Source: Spirochaetia bacterium | GTDB taxonomy: Bacteria; Spirochaetota; Spirochaetia; DSM-2461 | Length of the DNA stretch: 64,000 bases | Direction of reading: 5' to 3' | Assembly (NCBI GenBank): GCA_963666985.2 | Contig: CAXXIA010000003.1 | Location: 135,792 to 199,791, forward strand | Shown here: piece by piece, positions 11,001 through 18,799 of the stretch | Numbering within the stretch: position 1 is the stretch's first letter | How the letters are laid out: the number at the start of each line of letters is the position of its first letter | Notes under the pieces: model-generated | Told to the model about the DNA's origin: nothing | Seen by the model: the letters and a program-made list of their open reading frames with translations, nothing else | Database searches by the model: none | Program-made: the position numbers and the translations under genes

Positions 11001-12724
11001 GATCGGCGGATGCGGGCGATTTTCCGGCCGCCGCACCGGCGGGAACGCAAATCGCCGAGGACGACCGCTCAGCAGTTCCCGATGGGATTGACGCCGCCGA
11101 GAAACCGGCCTCTCCGGCCCGCCTCGATAATCCGGAAACGGCCGCCGCTCTTTCGGCTTTCTGGATTTCCGGCCGGGGACCCCTTCCCGTCGAGAAGATT
11201 CTTGAATCGTTCGGGATTTCCCCGAACTCGGCGGCGGCCGGCGAGATCATCCGTAACTGGGAAGAACAAGAGAACCTTATCTTCGACACCGTGAGTCAAG
11301 ATTCCGCGGATGAAGAGATGTGCGATTCGGAGGGTCTTGAGATTCTTCTCCGCTGGAAACGGCGGCAAAACAGAAATGCGGATGCGCCTCTTCCGATCGA
11401 TCGTCTGCCCGCGTTCTTGGCGTATCATCAGGGATTCGATGCCGCACCGGCGGGCGAAGAACATCTGGCAAAGATATTGGCGAATCTTGACGGACTTCCC
11501 GCTTCGGCCGCGCTCTGGGAAACGGCGATTTTTCCGACTCGGACTCCATTTTATCGTCCGAAGGAACTGGACGATCTCGTACGCCGGGAAGAGGTGATGT
11601 GGGTGGGAGCCGGCAGGAATCAAATCTCTTTTCTGACGTCCTCAGGCGGCTGGCGCTTTCCTTCGCCCCAGGCTGATGAAGCGGCTGAACACAGCCTGCG
11701 GTACGATGAGGCATTCCCGCTTCCCGGTTCCGCGCGCAAGGGATTCTGGGAAATCGCGGACGCTCTGGAATTAGACAGCGCGCAGGCCGTCCGGGCCATC
11801 TGGGATCGTGTCTGGTCCGGCCGGCTCACCGCGGATGACGCGGGGGTTCTCCGAAGAGCCGTCGCGTCCGGATTCAAGGCGCCTTCCGCCGCCGGCAGCT
11901 CCAATCGGGGGGGAGCAAGAACTCCGCCGCAAGGTCTCGGCCCCGGTTCAATCCCGCCGCTCTCCGGTTCGCCGCTCTCCGGATCGGCGGCTTCGGGCTC
12001 GAACGCCGGGAAAGGAGGTTTCCGCGGCTGGATGGCGGGACGGCCTCTGGAGGGACGGTGGTATGCTCCCGCTTACGCCGAAGAGCCTTCCGACCCCATG
12101 GAATCGGACCAGCTTCTTCGGGAACGGATCAGGATGCTTCTGAAGCGCTATGGGGTGATTTCACGGCCTCTGCTCGAACGGGAAATCCCGCCTCTGCGAT
12201 GGCCGGCTCTGGCCGGAACGCTGGCCTTAATGGAACTGAGCGATGAGGTGATCGGCGGGATGTGGTTTGACGGACTGCCGATGCCCCAGTTCCTTGCGCC
12301 CGAATCCCTTCCGGCATGGCGCGCCGACGCATCGCCTCGGGGCGGATGGTTCCTCGACGCCTCCGATCCCGCCTCTCCCTGCGGCCTTGCCGATATCGCC
12401 TCTCTCCCGCCGAGGAGAGAGGGTACCTGGATCGTCTGGAATAAGACGGGGCAACTCGATTTTATCTTAAGTCCCGGACGCAAACGGCTGGAGCGCCCGC
12501 ATTCGGCCGCGAGAAGCGAAGACAAGGGAACGGCTGAAGCTCTGGGCCGCACGGCGGCATTGCTCACCGAAAGGGAAATCGCTCCTCTTCCGCGCTTAAG
12601 CATACGCGACTGGAACGGAAAGGAACCCGACGGTGCGGATTTGAAAATATTGGAAGCCGCCGGTTTTCGTCCGGGAGGTTCCGGAGATTGGATTTACAGA
12701 CCGCGCCCCATCGGGATGCGCTGA
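8078..12724 (+). CDS. lhr: Lhr-family large SF2 DEAD/DEAH helicase with extended C-terminal winged-helix/glycosylase-like region
   Basis: APTGSGKT, YISPLKAL, ITTPESL, DEIH, HHGSLS, LELGIDIG, QRAGRAGH; C-terminal LLKRYGV and G.QF...DPASP motifs; about 1550 aa. Confidence 0.92.
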   Translation: MNLPLSEPTKDWFLRRYGRPTAVQIGAWKASSAQDHLLAVAPTGSGKTFAAFLTALDGFYSGKIAPGALRVLYISPLKALGTDIKENLTGPLRELRKVHDEKGTKAPEIRIGIRNGDTTPSERRRQIAEPPEILITTPESLNILLLSDGGRRILSTVEICILDEIHAVAPTGRGTLLACALERLADLAGEFQRIGLTATVRPLERAAEFLGGFMPSDSAGSTLIPRPVTIVAPPSEKKILISVEPLPAPPPDADHPDPEGFWKDIARRVRQSVKEHRSTLAFLDSRKWAEKTACLINEGEEEILAWAHHGSLSKDMRRLVETRLKKGELKAVVATGSLELGIDIGPLDEVLMLGSPASPSAALQRAGRAGHRPESPSRARIFPVTPSDLLASAVLSKMSENGEIEALRIPENPLDLLAQVLLTLCAEKGRTAEELWNLIRRSWPFRNLPRKSFDSVLTMIMGRYAETRIATLRPQIYKDGELLVARPGTRMRLYSGGGAIPDLGLFAVKARGIEGTIGSLDEKFVWESRTGMVFHMGNRRWRIVEINDREVQVIPTDEAISTDPFWRAEARDRDEDYSRRVAELLETAEELLAAEGQSEPDVSSSDPLTALLQTDWNLSDKAAFQLADYLENQRRKSGVPLPHRRHIVAESAAAPETGADPEARILFLHTFLGGRVNRPLSLALQAAWEKQSPIPVYPIVTDEVIAFSLTDRDIESFVSLFYGLSDPETLIRRVLEATPFFGGRFREAAGRAMLLPASTPSRRRPLWITRQRSRMLMEAVLPYPDFPILAEAWRCTLNDMFAMDALEDVLEGIRSGDIRISIIRTAAPSPFARNAVRRREAVRMTSNMQDQSDARLISRLDDGEIRRLKKAGILKPNIPENLIRRLDGRRRRLEEGLAPGSVEALKAWIAEREAFDAADWEQTVAAASRDSGLNAADLEKAVKKAVVKTRLGPGKKPWVIAADRAEEWEAAFAERSADAGDFPAAAPAGTQIAEDDRSAVPDGIDAAEKPASPARLDNPETAAALSAFWISGRGPLPVEKILESFGISPNSAAAGEIIRNWEEQENLIFDTVSQDSADEEMCDSEGLEILLRWKRRQNRNADAPLPIDRLPAFLAYHQGFDAAPAGEEHLAKILANLDGLPASAALWETAIFPTRTPFYRPKELDDLVRREEVMWVGAGRNQISFLTSSGGWRFPSPQADEAAEHSLRYDEAFPLPGSARKGFWEIADALELDSAQAVRAIWDRVWSGRLTADDAGVLRRAVASGFKAPSAAGSSNRGGARTPPQGLGPGSIPPLSGSPLSGSAASGSNAGKGGFRGWMAGRPLEGRWYAPAYAEEPSDPMESDQLLRERIRMLLKRYGVISRPLLEREIPPLRWPALAGTLALMELSDEVIGGMWFDGLPMPQFLAPESLPAWRADASPRGGWFLDASDPASPCGLADIASLPPRREGTWIVWNKTGQLDFILSPGRKRLERPHSAARSEDKGTAEALGRTAALLTEREIAPLPRLSIRDWNGKEPDGADLKILEAAGFRPGGSGDWIYRPRPIGMR

Positions 12725-12772
12725 AGCAAAGCCGAGATTCCTCAGAACCCGCTTCGGCAGGGCTTTGTTTCA
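12722..12772. terminator. Stem-loop after lhr, between convergent genes
   Basis: TGAAGCAAAGCC...GGCTTTGTTTCA arms followed by an A-run. Confidence 0.4.
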
Positions 12773-12940
12773 AAAAACGCTGATTGTTGACATCACCTCA
12801 AAAAGAAAAAACTCGGCATTCGGCCTATGAAGCACCCCTAACAGGCTGTTGAAAGCTCCCGAGAAAATCCCGCAAAGATTCCGCGACGATTTTTTTCTCC
12901 CGACGGGCAACTTCTTTATCCGGCACTTCGCGGCGAGTTA

Positions 12941-14359
12941 TTACCCGTCTTTGGCAATCCGGCGGCTCAGCGTGGATTGGTTCACCCCGAGAAGCCGGGA
13001 AGCCAGCGACTGATTCCCGTCGGCCTTTTCCAGAGCCGCCTCAAAAACAATATCGTTGATTTCCTTGACCGTGGGAAAATGTCCGAAAATGCGAACCAAG
13101 CCGTTATAATCCAGATCCGCGAATTCCGGAACACTCTCGGTGATATCCGGAACATCGGCGTTCCCAATAAGATCGCGAAACGGCTTCAGATTCAATACGG
13201 TTCCGGAGGTTCGGCTTAACGCATCGAACACAAGAGAATGAAGTTCTCTGACGTTGCCGGCAAAACCGTAAAGACTGAGAAGAGGTTCCAGTTCCGGAGG
13301 GATTCGAGGCGGTTTCCGACCGAGTTCTTTCGCGGCTTCGCCCACGAAAGCATGAACAAGAGGCATCAAATCTTCCTTTCTCTCCCTTAAAGGCGGAAGC
13401 GTCACATGATGGGCAATCAATCTGAAATAAAGATCCCGGCGGAAGGCTCCTTCTTCAATGCGGTTCGGAAGATCGGCGCAGGTGGCCGCGACAATGCGGG
13501 CATCGGTGGTTTCGGGAGTGTCCGAGCCCAGAGGATAATATTCTTTTTCCTGAAGGAGTCTGAGCAGTTTCACCTGTGATGCCGGAGCCAAATCGCCGAT
13601 TTCATCAAGAAACAGAGTGCCGCCGGCCGCGCGCTCCACCAATCCGGAGCGCTCATCGCCGGCATCGGTGAACGCGCCCTTCTTATGGCCGAAAAGCGTG
13701 TCGGAAAAAAGGGCATCATCCAGACCGGCGGCGTTCACCGTTACAATCCGGCCGGTTCTGCCGCTCGCCTTATGAATGGCGCGGGCCAAGAGTTCCTTGC
13801 CCGTACCGCTTTCTCCGGTAATCAGAACCGGCCGCGCCGTGGTAGCGACAGCCTCTATGTACTGAAAAACGGAAATCATGGAATCCGATTCGGTAACGAA
13901 AGAAGCGAAGGTATCGGGATTTTCAAGCGAATCCCTGTTCAGCACCCGGCTGCCCATGGCGGACAGTTCGCTGTTGAGTTCTCGCCAATCCAGCGCATGA
14001 CGCACGGCCGTAATCAGACGAGTTCGATCCGGAGGCTTGTTTAAATAATCATAAGCTCCAATCTTCATGCATTTCACGGCGGTCTGCAAATCCTCATCGC
14101 CGGTAATCATGATGACCGGAAGACCGGGATGGACTTCGGTAATCTCTTCAAGAACCTCAATTCCACTCTTGCCCGGCATCCCGATGTCCAAAAGGACGAG
14201 GCAGACACTATTGTCGCGAAGACGGTCCCGAACCTCTCTGCCGTCGCTGGAAATAATGACATCCTCATATCCTTCGGAGCGGAGAATGGTTTCATAAAGA
14301 GCCAGTACGGCGATATCGTCATCAACAACGAGAATAAATTCCCGCTCTTTTTTACTCAT
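12941..14359 (-). CDS. Sigma54-dependent response regulator (NtrC family: REC-AAA-HTH Fis)
   Basis: ILVVDDD/LLDIGMP receiver domain, GESGTGKE, GAFTDA, GTLFLDEIG, FRRDLYFRL, GNVREL, C-terminal HTH. Start uncertain (14359 or 14380). Confidence 0.93.
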   Translation of the reverse strand: MSKKEREFILVVDDDIAVLALYETILRSEGYEDVIISSDGREVRDRLRDNSVCLVLLDIGMPGKSGIEVLEEITEVHPGLPVIMITGDEDLQTAVKCMKIGAYDYLNKPPDRTRLITAVRHALDWRELNSELSAMGSRVLNRDSLENPDTFASFVTESDSMISVFQYIEAVATTARPVLITGESGTGKELLARAIHKASGRTGRIVTVNAAGLDDALFSDTLFGHKKGAFTDAGDERSGLVERAAGGTLFLDEIGDLAPASQVKLLRLLQEKEYYPLGSDTPETTDARIVAATCADLPNRIEEGAFRRDLYFRLIAHHVTLPPLRERKEDLMPLVHAFVGEAAKELGRKPPRIPPELEPLLSLYGFAGNVRELHSLVFDALSRTSGTVLNLKPFRDLIGNADVPDITESVPEFADLDYNGLVRIFGHFPTVKEINDIVFEAALEKADGNQSLASRLLGVNQSTLSRRIAKDG

Positions 14360-14711
14360 AAGCAAATGCCTCTGTATCATTATCGTCCGTTTTTCTTTTA
14401 CGGATGACTTTCCAAACCCGGAACACGAACGGAACGGAGACTGATCCCGCTTTTTTACCACCGGCCGGCACGAAACTCAGGCGGCCGGATCAAAAAAAAT
14501 GACTTCGCCGGCTCTGATTAAAGTACGCCGAAATCGGCTGAGGAGCCCGAATAAAGCGGCGAAAGAAGCGGTCTTCGCCGAACAGCATGGAAAAAATCGC
14601 GAGAAAAACCACCGAGTATGGATCAATCTCCGAAGGATGGGTTCATTCGGATTCGCCGAACCGTTTCTTCTTTGGTAGCCGCTCCGGGCGAGTCGTTTTA
14701 TACTGCCTCGC

Positions 14712-15797
14712 ATGACAGATATGAGATCCGATACCGTTACCCGGCCAACCGAAGCGATGAGGAAAGCCATGGCCGCCGCCGAAGTGGGCGATGACGTCCT
14801 TGGGGAAGATCCCACTATTAAGGCCTTACAGGAAAAGGCCGCGGAACTCACCGGCAAGGAAGCCGCACTCTTCGTTCCCTCCGGTACCTTCGCCAATCAG
14901 CTCGCCCTCTTCACTTGGGCACCTCGGGGCGGAGAGGTTTATCTGAACGAGAACACACACATCGTGCAGCACGAGGCGGGAGCTTCCTCCTACCTCAGTT
15001 CCGTCTTTCTCCGGCCGTTCCCTCCGGCCTCAAGCCCGTGGGCCGAATGGTCCGATTTCGCTCCGAGAATCCGTCCCGGAATCGACCAGCATTTTCCCAT
15101 ACCGGCCCTTATATGCCTGGAGAACGCCCTCTCCGACGGAACGGTCCAGCCGCTTGAAAGCATGGCCGCGGTAAAAAAGGGCGCCGAATCGAGGGGACTG
15201 CCGGTCCATCTGGACGGAGCCAGAATTTTCAACGCGGCCCTGACTTTAGGAGTGGATGCAAAAGACATCGCGGCCCAAGCGGATTCGGTGATGTTCTGCA
15301 TATCCAAAGGACTCGGGGCTCCGGTGGGAAGTCTGCTCTGCGGCCCAAAAGATTTCATCGATAAGGCATTTTTTAAAAGAAAAATTATGGGGGGCGGCAT
15401 GCGCCAGGCAGGCATATTGGCCGCCGCCGGCCTCGTGGCGTTTGAGGAAGAACTCCCGAGGCTCGGAGAGGATCATGAAGCCGCGAAAAAACTGGCCCGC
15501 AGTTTCTCCGAATATAGTGAGATTTTCGAAGTGCTTACTCCGGAGCCGGATATCAACATGGTGTTTCTGAAACTGAAAGAAGGGGGAGCGGAACGGGAGA
15601 GCCTCTTCATGAACCTCCTTTCGGAAGCCGGGATTCTTATCTACGGTTCCGATGTCTACGGCTCCGAGAGCGGTGTGTTCCGATTTGTTACCCATCGGGA
15701 TTTAAAGCCGGACAATCTCCAACACATTTTTGATGTTCTTCCGGGGATCGCGGATAAATTGGCCGCGCCGAACAGAGGAAAATCCGCTAACCAATGA
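14712..15797 (+). CDS. ltaE: Low-specificity L-threonine aldolase
   Basis: DMRSDTVTRPT, GDDVLGEDPT, PSGTFAN, HLDGARIFNA, SKGLGAPVGS, GGGMRQAG. Confidence 0.93.
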   Translation: MTDMRSDTVTRPTEAMRKAMAAAEVGDDVLGEDPTIKALQEKAAELTGKEAALFVPSGTFANQLALFTWAPRGGEVYLNENTHIVQHEAGASSYLSSVFLRPFPPASSPWAEWSDFAPRIRPGIDQHFPIPALICLENALSDGTVQPLESMAAVKKGAESRGLPVHLDGARIFNAALTLGVDAKDIAAQADSVMFCISKGLGAPVGSLLCGPKDFIDKAFFKRKIMGGGMRQAGILAAAGLVAFEEELPRLGEDHEAAKKLARSFSEYSEIFEVLTPEPDINMVFLKLKEGGAERESLFMNLLSEAGILIYGSDVYGSESGVFRFVTHRDLKPDNLQHIFDVLPGIADKLAAPNRGKSANQ

Positions 15798-16300
15798 ATC
15801 ACGAAGATTTTCAGCTTTTTGTCGATCTCGATGGTGTTCTCGTTGATTTTGATGCGGGCGTACGCCGAGCGACGGGGAAAGACCCCGCTGAGCTCCATCC
15901 GAAATCCATGTGGCCCGTTCTTGCAAAAACACCTGGATTCTACGACGCTCTGGAGTGGACGCCGGACGGCCGAAAGCTCTGGAACGCCGTTAAACCTTTC
16001 GGACCGGCGATTCTGACGGGGCTGCCGCTTGGCAAATGGGCGGAACGGCAGAAACGTTCCTGGTGTTTGCGCGAATTGGGGCAAAACGTGCCGGTGGTTA
16101 CCGGTTTGGCCCGCCATAAAGCGGAACTCGCGGCCGAATGGCTCGAAGTGAACGGCCTCGCGGACAAGGTGCCCGTTCTCATTGACGACCGGCTGAAAAT
16201 CAGGGAAGACTGGGAATCTGCGGGCGGGCGGTTCATTCTGCATCTGAACACGGAAAGTTCTCTCGAAGCTCTCGGAAACCTGGGATTTCCCATAGATTGA
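15794..16300 (+). CDS. HAD-superfamily 5'(3')-nucleotidase-like protein
   Basis: FVDLDGVLVDF motif I, ILTG, LIDDR motif IV; ATGA overlap with ltaE. Confidence 0.75.
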   Translation: MNHEDFQLFVDLDGVLVDFDAGVRRATGKDPAELHPKSMWPVLAKTPGFYDALEWTPDGRKLWNAVKPFGPAILTGLPLGKWAERQKRSWCLRELGQNVPVVTGLARHKAELAAEWLEVNGLADKVPVLIDDRLKIREDWESAGGRFILHLNTESSLEALGNLGFPID

Positions 16301-16384
16301 TTTCTCCGTGAAGACGCGCCGCGGCCATAACCGATATCATCGGTTCGAACGAAAGGCCGCCGCGGCCTGAGAACTCTTTCGGGA

Positions 16385-17092
16385 TTACGCCCTTAGAATG
16401 GCGAAGAGATCCTCCCATCGGGATATTTCGTATGTCGGTCGGTTCGGGCCGTTGTTCGCAGAGCGTGAAGGATTGAACCAGCAGGTATCAAGTCCGTATC
16501 CGATACCGCCCGCGATATCGGAACTCAAGGAATCACCGATAACGAGAATCGACTCCCGGGGAACATCACCGAGCCGTTCCATCACGTAATCAAAGAAAAC
16601 GGAAGACGGTTTGGCGGCTCCCGCGGTTTCGGAAACCACGATATGGGAGAAATCATCCAAAATACCGGCCTGTTTCAGCCGTCCGAATTGGGTGTCTCTG
16701 ATGCCGTTGGTGATAATGGCTTTGGAGATTTGTTTCGGAAGATCTTCAAGCATCTCGCGGGCGCCTTCGATCATGAAACCCGACCGGGCCAGTTCTTCCA
16801 AGTACACGCCGCTGAAACGCTCGGCGTCGAGTTTTACGCCCAAATATTCGGCAAGCCGTTCAAATCGAAGAACGCGAAGCCTCTCCGATGAGATTTCGCC
16901 CTTCTCCAATTCCCTCCAGAGCGCCGCGTTGATTTCCCGATAGGCTTCCCGAATCTCAGACGTGGTTTCCAGGCCGAACGAAGCGGCGGCCGTTCGAAGG
17001 GCGGAGTCTTCCGAGGCGTCATAATCCAAAAGTGTTCCGTCGGCATCAAAAAGGAGCCACGTATAGCGGCGGGTGTGTTCGGGTGTGTTCAT
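16385..17092 (-). CDS. YjjG-family HAD noncanonical pyrimidine nucleotidase
   Basis: LFDADGTLLD, ITNG, KP, IGDSLSSDIAGG..G.DTCWFNP. Confidence 0.88.
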   Translation of the reverse strand: MNTPEHTRRYTWLLFDADGTLLDYDASEDSALRTAAASFGLETTSEIREAYREINAALWRELEKGEISSERLRVLRFERLAEYLGVKLDAERFSGVYLEELARSGFMIEGAREMLEDLPKQISKAIITNGIRDTQFGRLKQAGILDDFSHIVVSETAGAAKPSSVFFDYVMERLGDVPRESILVIGDSLSSDIAGGIGYGLDTCWFNPSRSANNGPNRPTYEISRWEDLFAILRA

Positions 17093-17365
17093 ATGGGATA
17101 ATGGACGGATTCTTCTCTTTGGTTCAACCGGGGCCCGTTCTCTTCACACGATTCGCGGACGATGGTTCCGAAGCGCCGATTTTCCGCAGGCTGCCGAGGC
17201 GGCCGGCGGATGAACCGCAGCCCGGATCGAAGCGGTTACGGCCCCGACCGGCCCCGGCGGAGCGGACGAGCGAAGCCGGAGAAAGCCGGGCGGAATAGGC
17301 CGTTTGAGCGGAGAGCCGGATAAGCCGCCCTAAAAACAACTTCCCTCCGGACCGAACCTAAGATT

Positions 17366-18727
17366 CTACTTCAAATACGAAAGCCATTTGCTTTGAGCCT
17401 GAAGCATACCGTCCACCATGTTCTTCATGCCGTGAAATTTATCCACCATGGGACAGGCGAGAACGGCCTGAAGAACCAAATCCCGGCTCCCCGTAAGAAC
17501 GGCTTCGGCGGTAAGGTCGTAAACACCGACGTAATTTCGAAGCAGCGCGGCGAATCCCTTGGGGTACGTGTCGAACCGAACGGCCGAAACACCCTTACGG
17601 TCGATAATCCCGGGCACTTCCACGGCGATGTCGTCGGGCAGGGAAGGAATCGCGCCTTTATTCATAACATTCACGGCGGCTTCTTCATAACCGGAATCGG
17701 AAACAATTCCGTCCATAATCGGTACAACCCGTTCATGCAGTTCCAATGTAATCTCCGAGCGGTCCGTTTCCGTCAGGGCATGGCGGTAGAAGGCGTAAAA
17801 ATCCAAAATTCCCTGATGATCGGCGGCATCCCGAGCCCAGGCGATATACTCTCCCAGATGGCTGTCCACGGTAATCGGCAGCAGTCCGTAGGTATCGAGA
17901 ATCGCTTTAAAGAGCGTCCGATCCGACCAGGGCCGGGAAGAGGTTTCTCTGTCGATCTTCCATTTCTCGGCCGCGCCTTCGGTTTCCGGAGTAAGGCCGG
18001 TACGCTGAGTATATTCCCAGGCGTCCGAGTATCCGGGCTCGACTTCAAAAAAAGAGGGTGCTTTCTCCATGATGTCCGGATAGGCATCGTTCCCGGAATC
18101 CGCATACCGCGCCTCAAGAAGCACGCTGAAGTGATTCAATCCGGCGGCCCGCATTCTCAAGTTTTCCGCCGGAGTATCGAGAATGGTCGGCAGGTAGCGC
18201 TTGAGGGAGGCGATTTCATGGCACATGCCGACGAATTTCATTTCCGGATATTTACGGAGAACGGCGGTGGTAACGGCCGTCATGGGATTCGAATAATTGA
18301 AGACGACGGCATCCGGACAGATTTTTGCGACATCGTCGCAGATTTCCAGAATAACCGGGGTAATCCGGAGCGCATGGAAGATTCCGCCGGGACCGCCGTT
18401 CTCACCGTAAACCTGGGCGATGCCGTACTGCATGGGGATTTTCCAATCCATGTCCCACAGCTGGAACCGATTGCCGACCTCGATGGAGATAAGAACGAAA
18501 TCCGCCCCTTGGAGAGCTTTCCGCCGGTCCGTTGTCGCGCTCAGGGTAAAATCAAGTCCTTTCGCTTTAATAAAATCGGAGGCCGTACGATAAACGCTAT
18601 CCAATGTTTTACTGTTGATATCAACCAGCGAAACTTCGGCACCTTTTAAAACGGAACTCTGAAAGATATCTCCCAGGGTTCCGTATCCGAACTGAGCACT
18701 GCCTGCCCCGAATAAGACAATTTTCAT
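17366..18727 (-). CDS. GH4 NAD+/Mn2+-dependent alpha-glucosidase/alpha-galactosidase
   Basis: KIVLFGAGS Rossmann motif, GENGGPGG, NYSNPM, GMCHE, AGLNHF. Confidence 0.9.
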   Translation of the reverse strand: MKIVLFGAGSAQFGYGTLGDIFQSSVLKGAEVSLVDINSKTLDSVYRTASDFIKAKGLDFTLSATTDRRKALQGADFVLISIEVGNRFQLWDMDWKIPMQYGIAQVYGENGGPGGIFHALRITPVILEICDDVAKICPDAVVFNYSNPMTAVTTAVLRKYPEMKFVGMCHEIASLKRYLPTILDTPAENLRMRAAGLNHFSVLLEARYADSGNDAYPDIMEKAPSFFEVEPGYSDAWEYTQRTGLTPETEGAAEKWKIDRETSSRPWSDRTLFKAILDTYGLLPITVDSHLGEYIAWARDAADHQGILDFYAFYRHALTETDRSEITLELHERVVPIMDGIVSDSGYEEAAVNVMNKGAIPSLPDDIAVEVPGIIDRKGVSAVRFDTYPKGFAALLRNYVGVYDLTAEAVLTGSRDLVLQAVLACPMVDKFHGMKNMVDGMLQAQSKWLSYLK

Positions 18728-18799
18728 TTTCTTATCTCACTTTCCTTGAAATGTATCGTCGGAGAGACTCTCCGCGATTCTCTTTATGTTCTCGCTTCT

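Noticed and set aside
8030..12724. Anti-phage defence helicase system
   Set aside because: Motifs match the Lhr repair helicase, and there are no adjacent nuclease, methylase or other defence-like genes.
14477..14896. 139-aa minus-strand ORF upstream of the sigma54 regulator
   Set aside because: It overlaps ltaE antisense and its promoter and has no recognisable domain.
17100..17365. GC-rich spacer with short CCGG-containing stems
   Set aside because: I found no consistent repeat unit or recognisable RNA motif.
17393..18649. 418-aa plus-strand ORF
   Set aside because: Antisense shadow of the GH4 gene with no recognisable motifs; expected from codon bias in GC-rich genes.
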